Positions 10,568 to 23,961 are shown, counted from the stretch's first letter. The stretch: DNA of 64,000 bases from Candidatus Multivorans sp. (GCA_965224025.1 OZ245033.1:3968001-4032000); one strand, 5' to 3'. Notes: a model not told the origin generated them from the letters alone. Translations and numbers: made by a program.

Positions 10568-11974
10568 TCAGGCGTCGTCCATGGAGTCGGCCGGCAGCAG
10601 GGGGACCAGGCTTCGCCGCCAGAGACGCCACCGCACGCGAAACGCAAGGAAGGTGGCGACAAAGACCAGACCGAAGGTCAGCCCCCACCACAACCCGCTC
10701 GGGCCAAGCCCTCTCTCGAAGGTCAGCCACGCGCCGGCCGGTATGCCCACCACCCAGTAGCCCACGAGAGCGACCCCCGCGGGAAAGCGCGTGTCGGCAG
10801 CGCCCCGGAGCACACCGGCGGCGGCCACCTGGAGGCCATCGGCGACCTGGAACAGGCCGGCGATCGGAATCAGCGCGGCGGCCGCCGCGATCACGCCGGG
10901 CACATCGCTGAACAGGCGCGCCAGGAGCTGCGGCAGCGAGAAGAACACGAGGCCGAAGGCGGTCATCACACCGGCGCCGAAGCCGAGGCAGACCAGGGCC
11001 GAGCGGCGAGCGGCCACCTGATCCCGGCGCCCGATCGCGTTGCCGACGCGGGTGGTGGCGGCACCCGCGAAACCCAGCGGAACCATGAAGGAGATCGAGG
11101 CCAGACTGATCGCCACCTGGTGACCGCTCAGTTCGGCCTCGCCCAGCCGGCCGATGAGGACGGCCGCGAAACTGAACACACTGACCTCGAGCGAAACCTG
11201 AACCGCGATCGGCACGCCCACGAACAGGAAGGGTCGCAACGCGGCCGGGCGCAACCAGGACAGCCGCCATCCGCTGACGTACGGGCGCAGGTGACGCCAG
11301 CCGAACACCGCGATCGTGATCAGCATCACCCAGCGAGATCCCGACGTGGCGTAGGCGGAGCCCCGTACACCGAGCGCCGGGAAGCCGAGGTTGCCGAAGA
11401 TCAGCGCCCAGTTCGCGAGCGCGTTGAACACGTTGGCGACGACGATCGAGATCAGGGCCGGCCTCACGATGCTCATCGCCTGAAGCGTCTGCCGCAGACA
11501 CATGAAGAGCAGGAAGGCGATCACGCCGGGGCCGATGCCGTGAAGGTAGGCGGTGGCCGGTTCGATGATCGCCTGGGGCTGATTCGTGAGCGGCAGGACG
11601 CGATCCAGTTCCAACACGATCAGCGTGGCCGGCACCGACAGCAGGACCGCCATTCCCACGCCCCGGCAAAGCACGCGGCCGATTCGCCGGTGGTCGCCGG
11701 CGCCGAACGCCTGCGCCGCCATCGGATCGATCGCCAGCAGAATGCCGATGAAGGACCAGATCACCGCAATGCTGAGCGCGTTGCCGATCGAGCCGGCCGC
11801 CAGGTCGGTCTCGGAAACCCGGCCGAGCATCATGGTGTCCACGGCGCCCATCAACACCATGCCGACCTGCACCAGGATGACCGGCGTCGCCAAGCGCAGC
11901 ACGGCACCCAATTCCGTTCGCACGTCCGCGGACGGACGCGCGATCCGGGTCGCGCGTGACGCGGACCGCGTCAC
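10568..11974 (-). CDS. MATE family multidrug efflux transporter (NorM-like)
   Basis: About 12 hydrophobic segments; VDTMMLG, TRVGNAIG, LRGAADTR. Confidence 0.92.
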   Translation of the reverse strand: MTRSASRATRIARPSADVRTELGAVLRLATPVILVQVGMVLMGAVDTMMLGRVSETDLAAGSIGNALSIAVIWSFIGILLAIDPMAAQAFGAGDHRRIGRVLCRGVGMAVLLSVPATLIVLELDRVLPLTNQPQAIIEPATAYLHGIGPGVIAFLLFMCLRQTLQAMSIVRPALISIVVANVFNALANWALIFGNLGFPALGVRGSAYATSGSRWVMLITIAVFGWRHLRPYVSGWRLSWLRPAALRPFLFVGVPIAVQVSLEVSVFSFAAVLIGRLGEAELSGHQVAISLASISFMVPLGFAGAATTRVGNAIGRRDQVAARRSALVCLGFGAGVMTAFGLVFFSLPQLLARLFSDVPGVIAAAAALIPIAGLFQVADGLQVAAAGVLRGAADTRFPAGVALVGYWVVGIPAGAWLTFERGLGPSGLWWGLTFGLVFVATFLAFRVRWRLWRRSLVPLLPADSMDDA

Positions 11975-12068
11975 GCGGGTGCACGGCGAAGCGGCCGGGC
12001 GTCACTGACTGGGATCGCGCTCTTCAAGGGACGGTATTGTAGGCGCCGCTCACACTTCGAGATCGACC

Positions 12069-13049
12069 TTGCTCAGCTACATCCTCCGCAGGCTTGCCAC
12101 CGGGCTGGTCACCCTGTTCGGCATCTCGGTCATCTCGTTCTTCATCATCCAGCTCGTTCCGGGGGATCCGGCGCAGCTCCAGACCTCCCAGATCGCCGAC
12201 GCCGCGGTCTCGGAGCGCGTCTACCAGCAGTTGCGCGAGCTCTACGGACTCGACAAGCCGATTCCGGTTCAGTACTGGAACTGGGTCCGCAAGCTGGCCG
12301 TCGGCGACCTCGGATCGTCCTTCCACGACGGAAGGAGGGTGTCCGCCAAGATCGGCGAGGCGCTGTGGCCGACCTTGTCGGTCGCGCTCCTCTCCTTCAT
12401 GCTGACCCTGATCATCTCCACGCCGATCGGGATCTACAGCGCGCTCAAACAGGGCGGCGGCTTCGACCGCTCGGTCAGCACCGGCCTCTACATGCTCTAT
12501 TCGGTGCCGAACTACGTCGCCGGCATGCTGCTGATCCTGTACCTGGGCGTGAAGTGGGATCTGCTCCCCTTCCGCGGCATGCGGTCCGACGGCTACGACG
12601 ACATGACGACGCTCGGCCAGATGTGGGACCTGGCGCAGCACTACGTCCTGATCACGTTCTGCTTCACCTTCGGCAATCTCGCCTACTACTCGCGCTTCAT
12701 CCGCCAGAACCTGCTTGAGGTGGTGCGTCAGGACTACGTCCGCACCGCGCGAGCCAAGGGTCTCGGGGAGCGCAGCGTCGTGCTCAAGCACGCCTTCACG
12801 AACAGCCTCATCCCCCTGATCTCCCTGATCGGTCTGACCTTCCCGTTCGTGCTCAGCGGCAGCGTCATCCTCGAGTACATGTTCAACTGGCCGGGGCTGG
12901 GCCGCCTGTACTTCGAGTCCGTGCTGCAGCGCGACTATCCCACGATCATGGCGCTCAACTTCATCACCGCCCTGCTCGTGCTGGGCATCACCTTCATCGC
13001 CGACCTGACCTACGGTCTGGTCGACCCCCGGATCAGCTACGACAAGTGA
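12069..13049 (+). CDS. Peptide/nickel ABC transporter permease (DppB/OppB-like)
   Basis: PGDP, DYVRTARAKGL (EAA loop), RDYP, DPRI. Confidence 0.93.
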   Translation: MLSYILRRLATGLVTLFGISVISFFIIQLVPGDPAQLQTSQIADAAVSERVYQQLRELYGLDKPIPVQYWNWVRKLAVGDLGSSFHDGRRVSAKIGEALWPTLSVALLSFMLTLIISTPIGIYSALKQGGGFDRSVSTGLYMLYSVPNYVAGMLLILYLGVKWDLLPFRGMRSDGYDDMTTLGQMWDLAQHYVLITFCFTFGNLAYYSRFIRQNLLEVVRQDYVRTARAKGLGERSVVLKHAFTNSLIPLISLIGLTFPFVLSGSVILEYMFNWPGLGRLYFESVLQRDYPTIMALNFITALLVLGITFIADLTYGLVDPRISYDK

Positions 13050-13050
13050 A

Positions 13051-14118
13051 ATGACGGCCGAAGCGACGAACAACCCGCCGGTGGCGCGCTCCTACTGGCA
13101 CATCACCTGGCGGCGCTTCCGCGGCCACCGGCTCGGCATGGTCGGGCTGTGCGTGGTGGCGGCGCTGTTCCTGGTCTCGTTCCTGTCGCCGATGCTGGCC
13201 AACGATCAGCCGATTCTCTGCCGCTTCGACGGCAGCTTCTACTACCCGGCGGTGATCGATCTGATCCACCAGGTACCCGGGACCCGACTGATCATCAAGA
13301 AGCAGAGGCCGTATCGGCTCGCGACCTTCGATTTCAAGCGCGAGTTCGACCCGGAACGCGGCGACTGGGCGCTGTGGACGCCGACGCGCTACGGCCCGCG
13401 CGAGATCGCCGCCGAGCCCCTGGCCGGGCCGTCCAGGCGTCACTGGCTGGGCACCGATCAGTCCGGGCGCGATGTTCTGTCGCGCATGGTCCACGGCACC
13501 GTGGTGTCGATGAAGGTCGGCTTCCTGTCGATGGGCATCGCGGTCATTCTCGGTCTGGTGCTGGGCTGCATCGCCGGCTACGCCGGCGGCATCGCCGACC
13601 TCGTCATCTCGCGCTTCATCGAGATCGTCATGTGCTTCCCGCCGTTCTTCCTGATCCTCGCGGTCCTGGCCTGGTTCCCGCCCAGCATCGAGAACGTGAT
13701 GATCGTGATCGGACTGACCCGCTGGGTCGGCATCGCGCGCTTCGCCCGCGGCGAGATCCTGCGCATCCGCGAGACGGACTACGCGCTTGCGGCGCGCTCG
13801 CTGGGCGTCCGGTCGGCCCAGCTCGTGCTCCGCCACCTGCTGCCCAACGCCCTGGCGCCGGTGCTGGTCAGCGTCACCTTCGGCATCGCCGTGTCGATCC
13901 TGATCGAGGCCGGCCTTTCCTGGCTCGGCTTCGGCGTCCAGCCGCCGGACCCGTCCTGGGGCACGATCCTGCGTTCCGGCTACGAGAACCTGTTCACCGC
14001 CGGCCACATGATTCCGCCCGCCTGCGTCGCGATCTTCGTCGCCGTGCTGAGTTTCAACCTGGTCGGCGATACGCTGAGGGACGTGATCGACCCGCGGCTT
14101 CAGGCGGAGCGCGGGTAG
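13051..14118 (+). CDS. Peptide ABC transporter permease (DppC/OppC-like)
   Basis: HWLGTDQSGRD, HLLPN, PSWG, GDTLRDVIDPR. Confidence 0.93.
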   Translation: MTAEATNNPPVARSYWHITWRRFRGHRLGMVGLCVVAALFLVSFLSPMLANDQPILCRFDGSFYYPAVIDLIHQVPGTRLIIKKQRPYRLATFDFKREFDPERGDWALWTPTRYGPREIAAEPLAGPSRRHWLGTDQSGRDVLSRMVHGTVVSMKVGFLSMGIAVILGLVLGCIAGYAGGIADLVISRFIEIVMCFPPFFLILAVLAWFPPSIENVMIVIGLTRWVGIARFARGEILRIRETDYALAARSLGVRSAQLVLRHLLPNALAPVLVSVTFGIAVSILIEAGLSWLGFGVQPPDPSWGTILRSGYENLFTAGHMIPPACVAIFVAVLSFNLVGDTLRDVIDPRLQAERG

Positions 14119-14153
14119 ACGCTGCTAGCGTTCGACCAAGGAGGTAGGCAGCG

Positions 14154-17051
<2,898 letters not shown>

Positions 17052-17073
17052 GAACTCAGCGAAGGCACTCCAG

Positions 17074-18522
17074 ATGACCTACGAAGTCACGATCCCCGAG
17101 ATCGGCGAATCGATCACGGAAGCGCTGATCGTGCGCTGGATCAAGCAGGCCGGCGATGCCGTCGGCCGCGACGAGCCGCTCGTCGAACTCGAGACGGACA
17201 AGGTGACCGTCGAGATGCCGTCGCCGGTAGCCGGTGTCGTGTCCGAAATCGTCTGCGCGGAAGGCGAGACCGTTCCCATCGGCGGCGTGATCGCCCGCAT
17301 CGAGGAGGGCGCGCCCGCCGCCACCGCCAAGCCGGCTCCAAGCGTCGCGACGGCAGCGTCCGCCGGGACGGCAACCATCGGTGCCCAGGCCGACCTGCTC
17401 GCCGGCGCCGCCGCGGCGGCGCCTCCAGCGCCCGCCTCGGCGCCCACTCCCGTGCCTACGCCTCCCGCAGGCGGCTCCGATCCTGGAAACGCGGGCGTCT
17501 CGCCCGCATCCGCTGCCGCCGCCGTTCCGCCAACCGAGGAACCACTGCGCATCCTGCCCGCCGCACAACGCCTGATCGCCGAGCACGACCTCGACGCCGC
17601 CGTCATTCCCGCAACGGGCAAGGGCGGCCGGCTGCTGAAAAGCGACGTGATCGCCTACCTCGCCTCCCGCGAGGCGGAAGAGCCAGCCCCTACCAAGCCG
17701 GGCCCGGCCCCTACTCCGCCGCCGGCCGCTCCCGCACCGGCGCCGCGGGCCGCGACTGCCGCCCAGCCTGCACCCGCCCAACCGCTACCGGCCGCCCCGG
17801 CGGCGTCCGCCCCAGCCGGCGGCCGCGCCGAGGAACGGGTGACGATGACCCCGATCCGCCGCCGGATCGCCGAACGGCTGGTCGAGTCCCAGCAGCAGGC
17901 CGCTCTCCTGACCACGTTCAACGAGATCGACATGTCCGCGGTAAAGGACTTCCGGACGCAATACCGGGACGACTTCGAGAAACGTCACGATGTCCGGCTC
18001 GGCTTCCTGTCCTTCTTCGTCAAGGCGGTCGTCGACGCTCTGCGCCGCTTCCCGCGCCTGAACGCCGAAATCTCCGGCGCCGACATCATCTACCGGAACT
18101 ACTACGACATCGGCATCGCCGTCAGCACCGACCGCGGCCTCATGGTGCCGGTCCTGCGCAGCGCGGAGCGGATGTCCTTCGCCGAGATCGAGTCCCAGAT
18201 TGCCGACTTTGCAGGCCGAGCCCGCACCGGGCGCATCCGGATCGACGAACTCCAGGGCGGCACCTTCACGATCACCAACGGCGGCATCTTCGGTTCCCTG
18301 CTGTCGACGCCGATCATCAACCCCCCGCAAAGCGGCGTCCTCGGCCTGCACGCGATCCAGGACCGCCCCGTGGTGGAGAACGGCGAAGTCGTCGTCCGGC
18401 CAATGATGTACGTCGCCCTGACCTACGATCACCGCATCGTCGACGGCCGCGAAGCGGTCACCTTCCTGATCCGAATCAAGGAGGCAATCCAGGATCCGGC
18501 GCGGATGCTTGTCGAGGTCTGA
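17074..18522 (+). CDS. sucB: Dihydrolipoyllysine succinyltransferase (E2)
   Basis: Lipoyl motif ETDKV, E3-binding domain, LTTFNEID, DHRIVDG. Confidence 0.97.
   Translation: MTYEVTIPEIGESITEALIVRWIKQAGDAVGRDEPLVELETDKVTVEMPSPVAGVVSEIVCAEGETVPIGGVIARIEEGAPAATAKPAPSVATAASAGTATIGAQADLLAGAAAAAPPAPASAPTPVPTPPAGGSDPGNAGVSPASAAAAVPPTEEPLRILPAAQRLIAEHDLDAAVIPATGKGGRLLKSDVIAYLASREAEEPAPTKPGPAPTPPPAAPAPAPRAATAAQPAPAQPLPAAPAASAPAGGRAEERVTMTPIRRRIAERLVESQQQAALLTTFNEIDMSAVKDFRTQYRDDFEKRHDVRLGFLSFFVKAVVDALRRFPRLNAEISGADIIYRNYYDIGIAVSTDRGLMVPVLRSAERMSFAEIESQIADFAGRARTGRIRIDELQGGTFTITNGGIFGSLLSTPIINPPQSGVLGLHAIQDRPVVENGEVVVRPMMYVALTYDHRIVDGREAVTFLIRIKEAIQDPARMLVEV
17482..17512 (+). repeat. REP-like palindrome inside the sucB linker
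   Basis: CCTGGAAACGCGGGCGTCTCGCCCGCATCCG, same family as copies at 28555, 29058, 34983, 52385. Confidence 0.75.
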
Positions 18523-18598
18523 ACCGAACCCGGAGCGGCCACGGGAACAGCAAACCGCCCTGGACGCGCCGGGGAGATGCATCCGTATACTCCACTGC

Positions 18599-19207
18599 AT
18601 GTCCGTGACGCTGCTTGAACAGCCGCCGCTGACCGTGCCCCGCGACCTTGGGCCGTATCGCCGGGAGGACTACGCCGCCCTGCCGGAGGAGCCTCGGTGC
18701 GAGCTGATCCACGGCAGGTTCTACTTGAGTCCCAGCCCCATCCTCCGGCACCAGTTCCTGGTGACTCACGTGTGGCAGGTACTGAAGGCCGCCGCCGACC
18801 GGGAGGGTGGTCTTGCCGTCGTCGCCCCGATGGACGTCCACCTCGCCGACCACACCGTGGTCCAGCCGGACGTCCTCTACGTTTCGCCTGAGCGACGCGA
18901 GATCGCCCAGACCTGGATCGAAGGCGCCCCGGACCTCCTGGTCGAGGTCCTGTCGCCAGGGACCGCCCGCGTCGACCGCCTCCAGAAGCTGAACCTCTAC
19001 GCCGCCTCCGGCGTGGCGGAGTACTGGATCGTCGATCCCGCGAACCGGACGGTCGAGTTCTTCGTCCACGACGGCGACCGCTTCGGAGTCCACACGCCGA
19101 AGGGGAGGCTCTGGACATCACCCGCGGTCCGCGGCGTCCAACTGGACATCGAGGCTCTCTGGACCGCAGTCGAACGCGAGTTCGGGCCGCAGAAGGCAGC
19201 GGACTGA
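18599..19207 (+). CDS. Uma2 (DUF820) family endonuclease-fold protein
   Basis: ELIHG, VQPD, APDLLVEVLSP, GVAEYWIVDP; TATACT 7 nt before the ATG. Confidence 0.92.
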   Translation: MSVTLLEQPPLTVPRDLGPYRREDYAALPEEPRCELIHGRFYLSPSPILRHQFLVTHVWQVLKAAADREGGLAVVAPMDVHLADHTVVQPDVLYVSPERREIAQTWIEGAPDLLVEVLSPGTARVDRLQKLNLYAASGVAEYWIVDPANRTVEFFVHDGDRFGVHTPKGRLWTSPAVRGVQLDIEALWTAVEREFGPQKAAD

Positions 19208-19368
19208 CGCCGCGAATCCGCCTAGGCCGGCCACCGCCACCACGCCGGACTCGCCGCGCCCGGCCACCATCGTTCCAATGGCGCCTGAGGCGGCGGCGCC
19301 ACCTCCGGGCAGGAGGAACGATCGCGGCCGCCCGTCCGGTTCCGTTGGGGCGCCCGAGTTCCGGGCGA

Positions 19369-19404
19369 TTGACACGCGCGCCAGCCGGGTAATACCGTAA
19401 TACT
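19369..19404 (+). promoter_or_regulatory. Candidate TA promoter/operator
   Basis: TTGACA at 19369 followed by tandem GTAATAC repeats just before ATG 19406. Confidence 0.5.
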
Positions 19405-19405
19405 C

Positions 19406-19649
19406 ATGACCACGATTCTCATTCAAGGTCGACGAACACGAGGCGCGGGCCATCCGCCTGCAGGCGAAGCGGGAAGGGGTCAGCGTGTCGGAGTTCCTTC
19501 GCCGCATGGCGCGCCTCGCCCTGGCGCCTCCTGAGAAACCCCGCACGGTCCGCTGCCGCCATACCGGCGCCGAGATCTTCGCCGCTCCTGAGCGCCTGCC
19601 TCCCCTCTCCACCGAGATGGTGCGCGACCTGCTCTCCGATTTCCCGTGA
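19406..19649 (+). pseudogene. RHH-type antitoxin with a +1 frameshift at about codon 4-5
   Basis: Removing one base gives MTTISFKVDEHEARAIRLQAKREGVSVSEFLRR..SDFP; stop overlaps the GTG of the PIN gene. Confidence 0.7.
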
Positions 19650-20071
19650 AGTACCTGCTGGACGTCAACATTCTGGTCGCGTGGGGCTGGTCGGATCATG
19701 TCGCGTACGAACACACCGCAGCATGGATCGCAGCCACTCGCGCGGCGCCCAGGTCGAAGCTCTTGACGTCGGCGATCCCCGAGCTCGGTTTCGTTTGCGT
19801 GTCGGTCCAGCACACCGGAGGCAGCGTCACGGTCGAAGAAGCTGCCAGCACGCTGGCGGGCATGTTGGGCTCGCTGGGACCAACCCACGCGTTCGTCCCG
19901 GACGACAGGGCCGCCCGGCAGTTCCCCAACTGGTGCAGGTATGCATCCCAGACGACTGACGCGCATCTGGTGCAGTTGGCGGCCGCGCACGGCGCCCTGC
20001 TTGCCACCCTGGACACCGGGATTCCCGGAGCCTTCGTCGTGCCCGATGTGACGGCGGACCGCGGAACATGA
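19646..20071 (+). CDS. PIN-domain (VapC-like) toxin
   Basis: YLLDVNIL, ELGF, TDAHL, LATLD acidic residues intact. Confidence 0.88.
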   Translation: MKYLLDVNILVAWGWSDHVAYEHTAAWIAATRAAPRSKLLTSAIPELGFVCVSVQHTGGSVTVEEAASTLAGMLGSLGPTHAFVPDDRAARQFPNWCRYASQTTDAHLVQLAAAHGALLATLDTGIPGAFVVPDVTADRGT

Positions 20072-21483
20072 CCCTCGACGTCTTCGACATCACCGTCGTC
20101 GGCGCCGGTCCCGGCGGTTACGTGGCCGCGATCCGAGCGGCCCAACTCGGATTCCGGACGGCGGTGATCGACGAGCATCCGGCGGCGGGCGGTGTCTGCC
20201 TGCGGGTCGGCTGCATTCCGAGCAAGGCGCTGCTTGAGTCGAGTCAGAGGCTGCATGCCGCACGCAGCGAACTCGCGACGCACGGCGGCGTCGCGGGCGA
20301 GATCGGCCTTGATCTGCAGGCGATGATGAAGCGCAAGGACCGGGTCGTCACCACTCTTACTCGCGGCGTCTCTTCCCTCCTCAAGAAGAACAAGATCGAG
20401 CACATCCAGGGCCGGGCGAAACTCGGCGGGCAGCAAGGCGAGACGCGGAGCGTCGAGGCGGCAACCGGGGACGGCGAACGGACGATTCAGGCCAGGAACG
20501 TGATCGTCGCCACGGGTTCCCGTCCCGCCAGTCTGCCCGGCATCGACCTCGACGGTGACCGCATCGGCACCAGCACGGAGGCGCTGGCGTACGACGCGGC
20601 GCCCGAGCGCCTGGTCGTGGTCGGTGCCGGCTACATCGGCCTTGAGCTCGGCGCGGTCTGGAACCGGCTCGGCTCGAAGGTCACCGTGCTTGAGTACCTC
20701 GACCGCATTCTGCCCGGCGCCGACGCGGAGATCGCGGCGGCCGCGGCGAAGATCTTCAGCCGCCAGGGCCTCGACATCCGGCTCGGCAGCCGGGTTCTGG
20801 GCGCCTCGGTCCAGACCGGCAAAGACGGCGACCGCTGCGTGGTCGAGGTCGACGGCGCCGATCCGATCGAGTGCGATCGCGTCCTGGTCGCGGTCGGGCG
20901 CACCCCGATCAGCGACGATCTGGGACTCGTGGAAGCCGGCGTATCGGTCGACGAGCGCGGCTTCATCCAGGTGAACGAACGCTTCGCCACCTCCGCGCCC
21001 GGCGTCTTCGCGATCGGCGACGTGATCGGCGGCCCCCAACTGGCTCACAAGGCCGAAGACGAGGGGATGGCCTGCGTCGAGGGCATCGCCGGCGGCTACG
21101 TTCACATCGACTACGACGCGATCCCCGGCATCGTCTACACCGAGCCCGAAGTCGCTTCCGTCGGCAAGACGGAAGAAGAACTGCAGGAAGCCGGAATCGC
21201 GTACCGCAAGGGCTCCTTCCCTTTCCGCGCCATCGGCCGCGCGCGCGCCACCGGCAGCCTGGAGGGCTTCGTCAAGATCCTGGCCGGCGCCGAGACGGAC
21301 GAGGTGCTCGGCGTCCACATCCTGGGCAGCCACGCCGGCGACCTGATTGCCGAGGCGGTGGCGGCGATCAGCTTCGGGGCCTCGGCGGAGGATCTCTTCC
21401 GCACCTCCCACGCCCACCCGACACTCGCCGAAGCGGTGAAGGAAGCCGCCCTGGCGGTGCACGGCCGCCCCATCCACATGTAG
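20068..21483 (+). CDS. lpdA: Dihydrolipoyl dehydrogenase (E3)
   Basis: GAGPGGY, GGVCLRVGCIPSK, HAHPTLAE. Confidence 0.97.
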   Translation: MTLDVFDITVVGAGPGGYVAAIRAAQLGFRTAVIDEHPAAGGVCLRVGCIPSKALLESSQRLHAARSELATHGGVAGEIGLDLQAMMKRKDRVVTTLTRGVSSLLKKNKIEHIQGRAKLGGQQGETRSVEAATGDGERTIQARNVIVATGSRPASLPGIDLDGDRIGTSTEALAYDAAPERLVVVGAGYIGLELGAVWNRLGSKVTVLEYLDRILPGADAEIAAAAAKIFSRQGLDIRLGSRVLGASVQTGKDGDRCVVEVDGADPIECDRVLVAVGRTPISDDLGLVEAGVSVDERGFIQVNERFATSAPGVFAIGDVIGGPQLAHKAEDEGMACVEGIAGGYVHIDYDAIPGIVYTEPEVASVGKTEEELQEAGIAYRKGSFPFRAIGRARATGSLEGFVKILAGAETDEVLGVHILGSHAGDLIAEAVAAISFGASAEDLFRTSHAHPTLAEAVKEAALAVHGRPIHM

Positions 21484-21642
21484 CCAGCCAACCCGGCATC
21501 CGGGTCCACGATTCGTAACCTCCGGCAGCGCCGAGGCTTCACCCGGCGCTGATAGACTGCGCCGATTCTTCGCCACTCCACCGCGTATTCACGATCCACC
21601 CCGCATTCGCCACCTACCCGCACTTTCTGGAGGCCGAGCGCC

Positions 21643-23961
21643 GTGACCCTTTTCCGCACCAGCGCCCCGAAGCCCCTCGCACGCTCGGTGTTTCGGCCCA
21701 TCCCATCCTCAACCTGGAGCTCGCGCAGCGGAACCCGAGTGGCGCGATCCGCGCCACCCCTGAACCAGGCCGAGCGCCCGTCCACGGGCGCTCGGATGGC
21801 ACTTGCGTCGCGGCGGTCCGCGGCGCCAGCTCCAGGTATTCCGATCTGGCTCGCGACGTTCGCCGCCATGATCCTGCTCGCCGCGCTACCGGCGATCGCC
21901 CAGGAACCCGCCGATGCGGAGGCGGATGCAGAAGCCGCCGACCAGGCCGACGGCGCCGAAGAGGGAAGCGCCGGGGACGAGGAAGAGCCGCCGCTCCCGC
22001 CCGGCGCGGAGCTCCAGGTGTCGCCGACCGAGTTGACCCTGGAGGTCGGCGACAAGGCCGCTCTGACCGCGACCGTCCTGGACGAGGATGGCGAGCCGAT
22101 CGAGGACGTCACCGTCGTCTTCTTCTCCCGCAACCGCCGGCGGCTCGGAGTCAACCCGGCCGGCGAGGTCGAAGCGCACGGTCCCGGGAACGTCACCGTC
22201 ATCGCCTTGGTGCCGAAGGAGGCCGAGGACGAACCGAGGCGCGCGGAAGCGCTGCTTCGAGTCGAAGTGGAAGTGACGATTCCGAACCCGCCGGTCGAGA
22301 GCGTTGAGGTCGTGGACCTCCCCGGCGTCTTCTACGCCGGTACCGACCTGCCCCTTCAGGCCCGCGTCGTCGACATCACCGCGGTCGAACGCGATGACGT
22401 CGAGGTCAGCTACTCGAGTTCCGACACCGGCGTCGTGGCGCCCGACGGTTTCGGCGGCCTGAGTCTGGTGGCGCCCGGGACGGCGACACTTACGGCAACC
22501 GCCGAGAATGCCTCCCACGAAGTCGAGATCACCGTCGTCAAGAACCCCACCGCACGACTCGAACTGACCGCCTCCGCCGACAACACGCGCACCGGCGACG
22601 TGGTCTGGTTCGAGGCGGTCGGGCTTGACGGGGACAGCGACGAGGTCGAGGACCTGCCCGTCCGGTTCCTGGTCGCGGGCGCACCGTCGGCGCAGATTCT
22701 GGCGCCCGGCGCCGCCGCCCAGATCGAGCAGGACGGCGCCTTCGTGGCCGAACGGTCGGGCATCTACACGGTGACGGCTCTGGCGGGCAATCACTCCGCC
22801 AGCCTGCCGGTGCGGGTGACGCCGCGGAAGGTGAACAAGGAGATCGAGTTCGTCGGCCAGGGCAAGGTCAGCGACCGCCGCACGTCCGACCTCTGGGTCT
22901 GGGAAGGAACCGACGGCAACGACTACGCGATCACGGGCACCTGGGGCGCCGAGGGCCACGCCTACGTCTGGGACGTGACCAATCCGGAGAGCATCGTGCT
23001 CATCGACGCGGTCCGCGTGGACGCCCGTACCGTGAACGACGTCAAGGTCTCCGAGGACGGCCGGGTCGCGGTGATCAGCCGCGAGGGCGCCTCGAACCGC
23101 AAGAACGGCTTCGTCGTCCTCGACGTTTCCGAACCTCAGGTCGGCGTGCGCATCCTGTCCCGGTTCGACGATCAGTTGCGCGGCGGCGTCCACAACGTGT
23201 ACATCCATGACGAGCACGTCTACGCGCTCTCGAACGGCCGGCGTTTCGACGTGATCAGCATCGAGGACCCGTCCCAGCCGTACCGTGTCGGCCGCTTCGA
23301 GTTGGACACGCCGGGGCACTCGATCCACGACGTCTGGGTCGCCTCTGGCGTCGCGTTCACCTCGAACTGGGAGGACGGCGTGGTCGCGATCGATGTCGGC
23401 GGCGCCGGCATGGGCGGTGCCCCGAACAATCCCGTGCAGCTCGGCAGCTACGCCTACCCGAGCGGCTGGAACCACGCCGCCTACCCCTACCGCAGCGAGT
23501 CGACGGGCAAGTTCTACGTCTTCGCCGGCGACGAGGCATTCCCGTACGGCGAACTCGGACGCGACCCGCGCGCCGCGCCGCCCCGCGCCGCCGGCTGGAT
23601 CCACGTCATTTCGTGGGACGACTGGGAGAGCCCCCGCGAGGTCGCCCGCTACCAGGTGCCCGAGGCCGGGACCCATAACCTCTGGATCGAGGACGACATC
23701 CTCTACGTCGCCTACTACAACGGCGGCCTCCGGGTCGTCGACGTCTCGGGTGAGTTGCGAGGCGATCTCTACCAACAGGGCCGCGAGATCGGCATGTTCA
23801 TGCCCTTCGATCCCGAGGCTGTCGTGCCCAATGCGCCCTTCGTCTGGGGTCCGCAGCCCTACAAGGACCACGTCTTCTTCTCGGACTGGCACTCCGGGCT
23901 GTGGGCGGTCAAGCTGAAGGATCCCGATGATCCGAACCGCATCATCGGAGAGCCGCACTAG
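21643..23961 (+). CDS. Secreted Ig-like (Big_2) plus LVIVD-repeat beta-propeller protein; true start may be downstream
   Basis: Signal-like segment, Ig-like repeats, VVLDVS / LRVVDVS repeats, HN/HD blade motifs. Confidence 0.75.
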   Translation: MTLFRTSAPKPLARSVFRPIPSSTWSSRSGTRVARSAPPLNQAERPSTGARMALASRRSAAPAPGIPIWLATFAAMILLAALPAIAQEPADAEADAEAADQADGAEEGSAGDEEEPPLPPGAELQVSPTELTLEVGDKAALTATVLDEDGEPIEDVTVVFFSRNRRRLGVNPAGEVEAHGPGNVTVIALVPKEAEDEPRRAEALLRVEVEVTIPNPPVESVEVVDLPGVFYAGTDLPLQARVVDITAVERDDVEVSYSSSDTGVVAPDGFGGLSLVAPGTATLTATAENASHEVEITVVKNPTARLELTASADNTRTGDVVWFEAVGLDGDSDEVEDLPVRFLVAGAPSAQILAPGAAAQIEQDGAFVAERSGIYTVTALAGNHSASLPVRVTPRKVNKEIEFVGQGKVSDRRTSDLWVWEGTDGNDYAITGTWGAEGHAYVWDVTNPESIVLIDAVRVDARTVNDVKVSEDGRVAVISREGASNRKNGFVVLDVSEPQVGVRILSRFDDQLRGGVHNVYIHDEHVYALSNGRRFDVISIEDPSQPYRVGRFELDTPGHSIHDVWVASGVAFTSNWEDGVVAIDVGGAGMGGAPNNPVQLGSYAYPSGWNHAAYPYRSESTGKFYVFAGDEAFPYGELGRDPRAAPPRAAGWIHVISWDDWESPREVARYQVPEAGTHNLWIEDDILYVAYYNGGLRVVDVSGELRGDLYQQGREIGMFMPFDPEAVVPNAPFVWGPQPYKDHVFFSDWHSGLWAVKLKDPDDPNRIIGEPH

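Noticed and set aside
9206-11959. 917-aa plus-strand ORF and other long antisense ORFs (14235-16991, 21886-24099, 50269-52752, 3359-5368)
   Set aside because: Shadow frames of real genes in high-GC DNA; no recognisable motifs.
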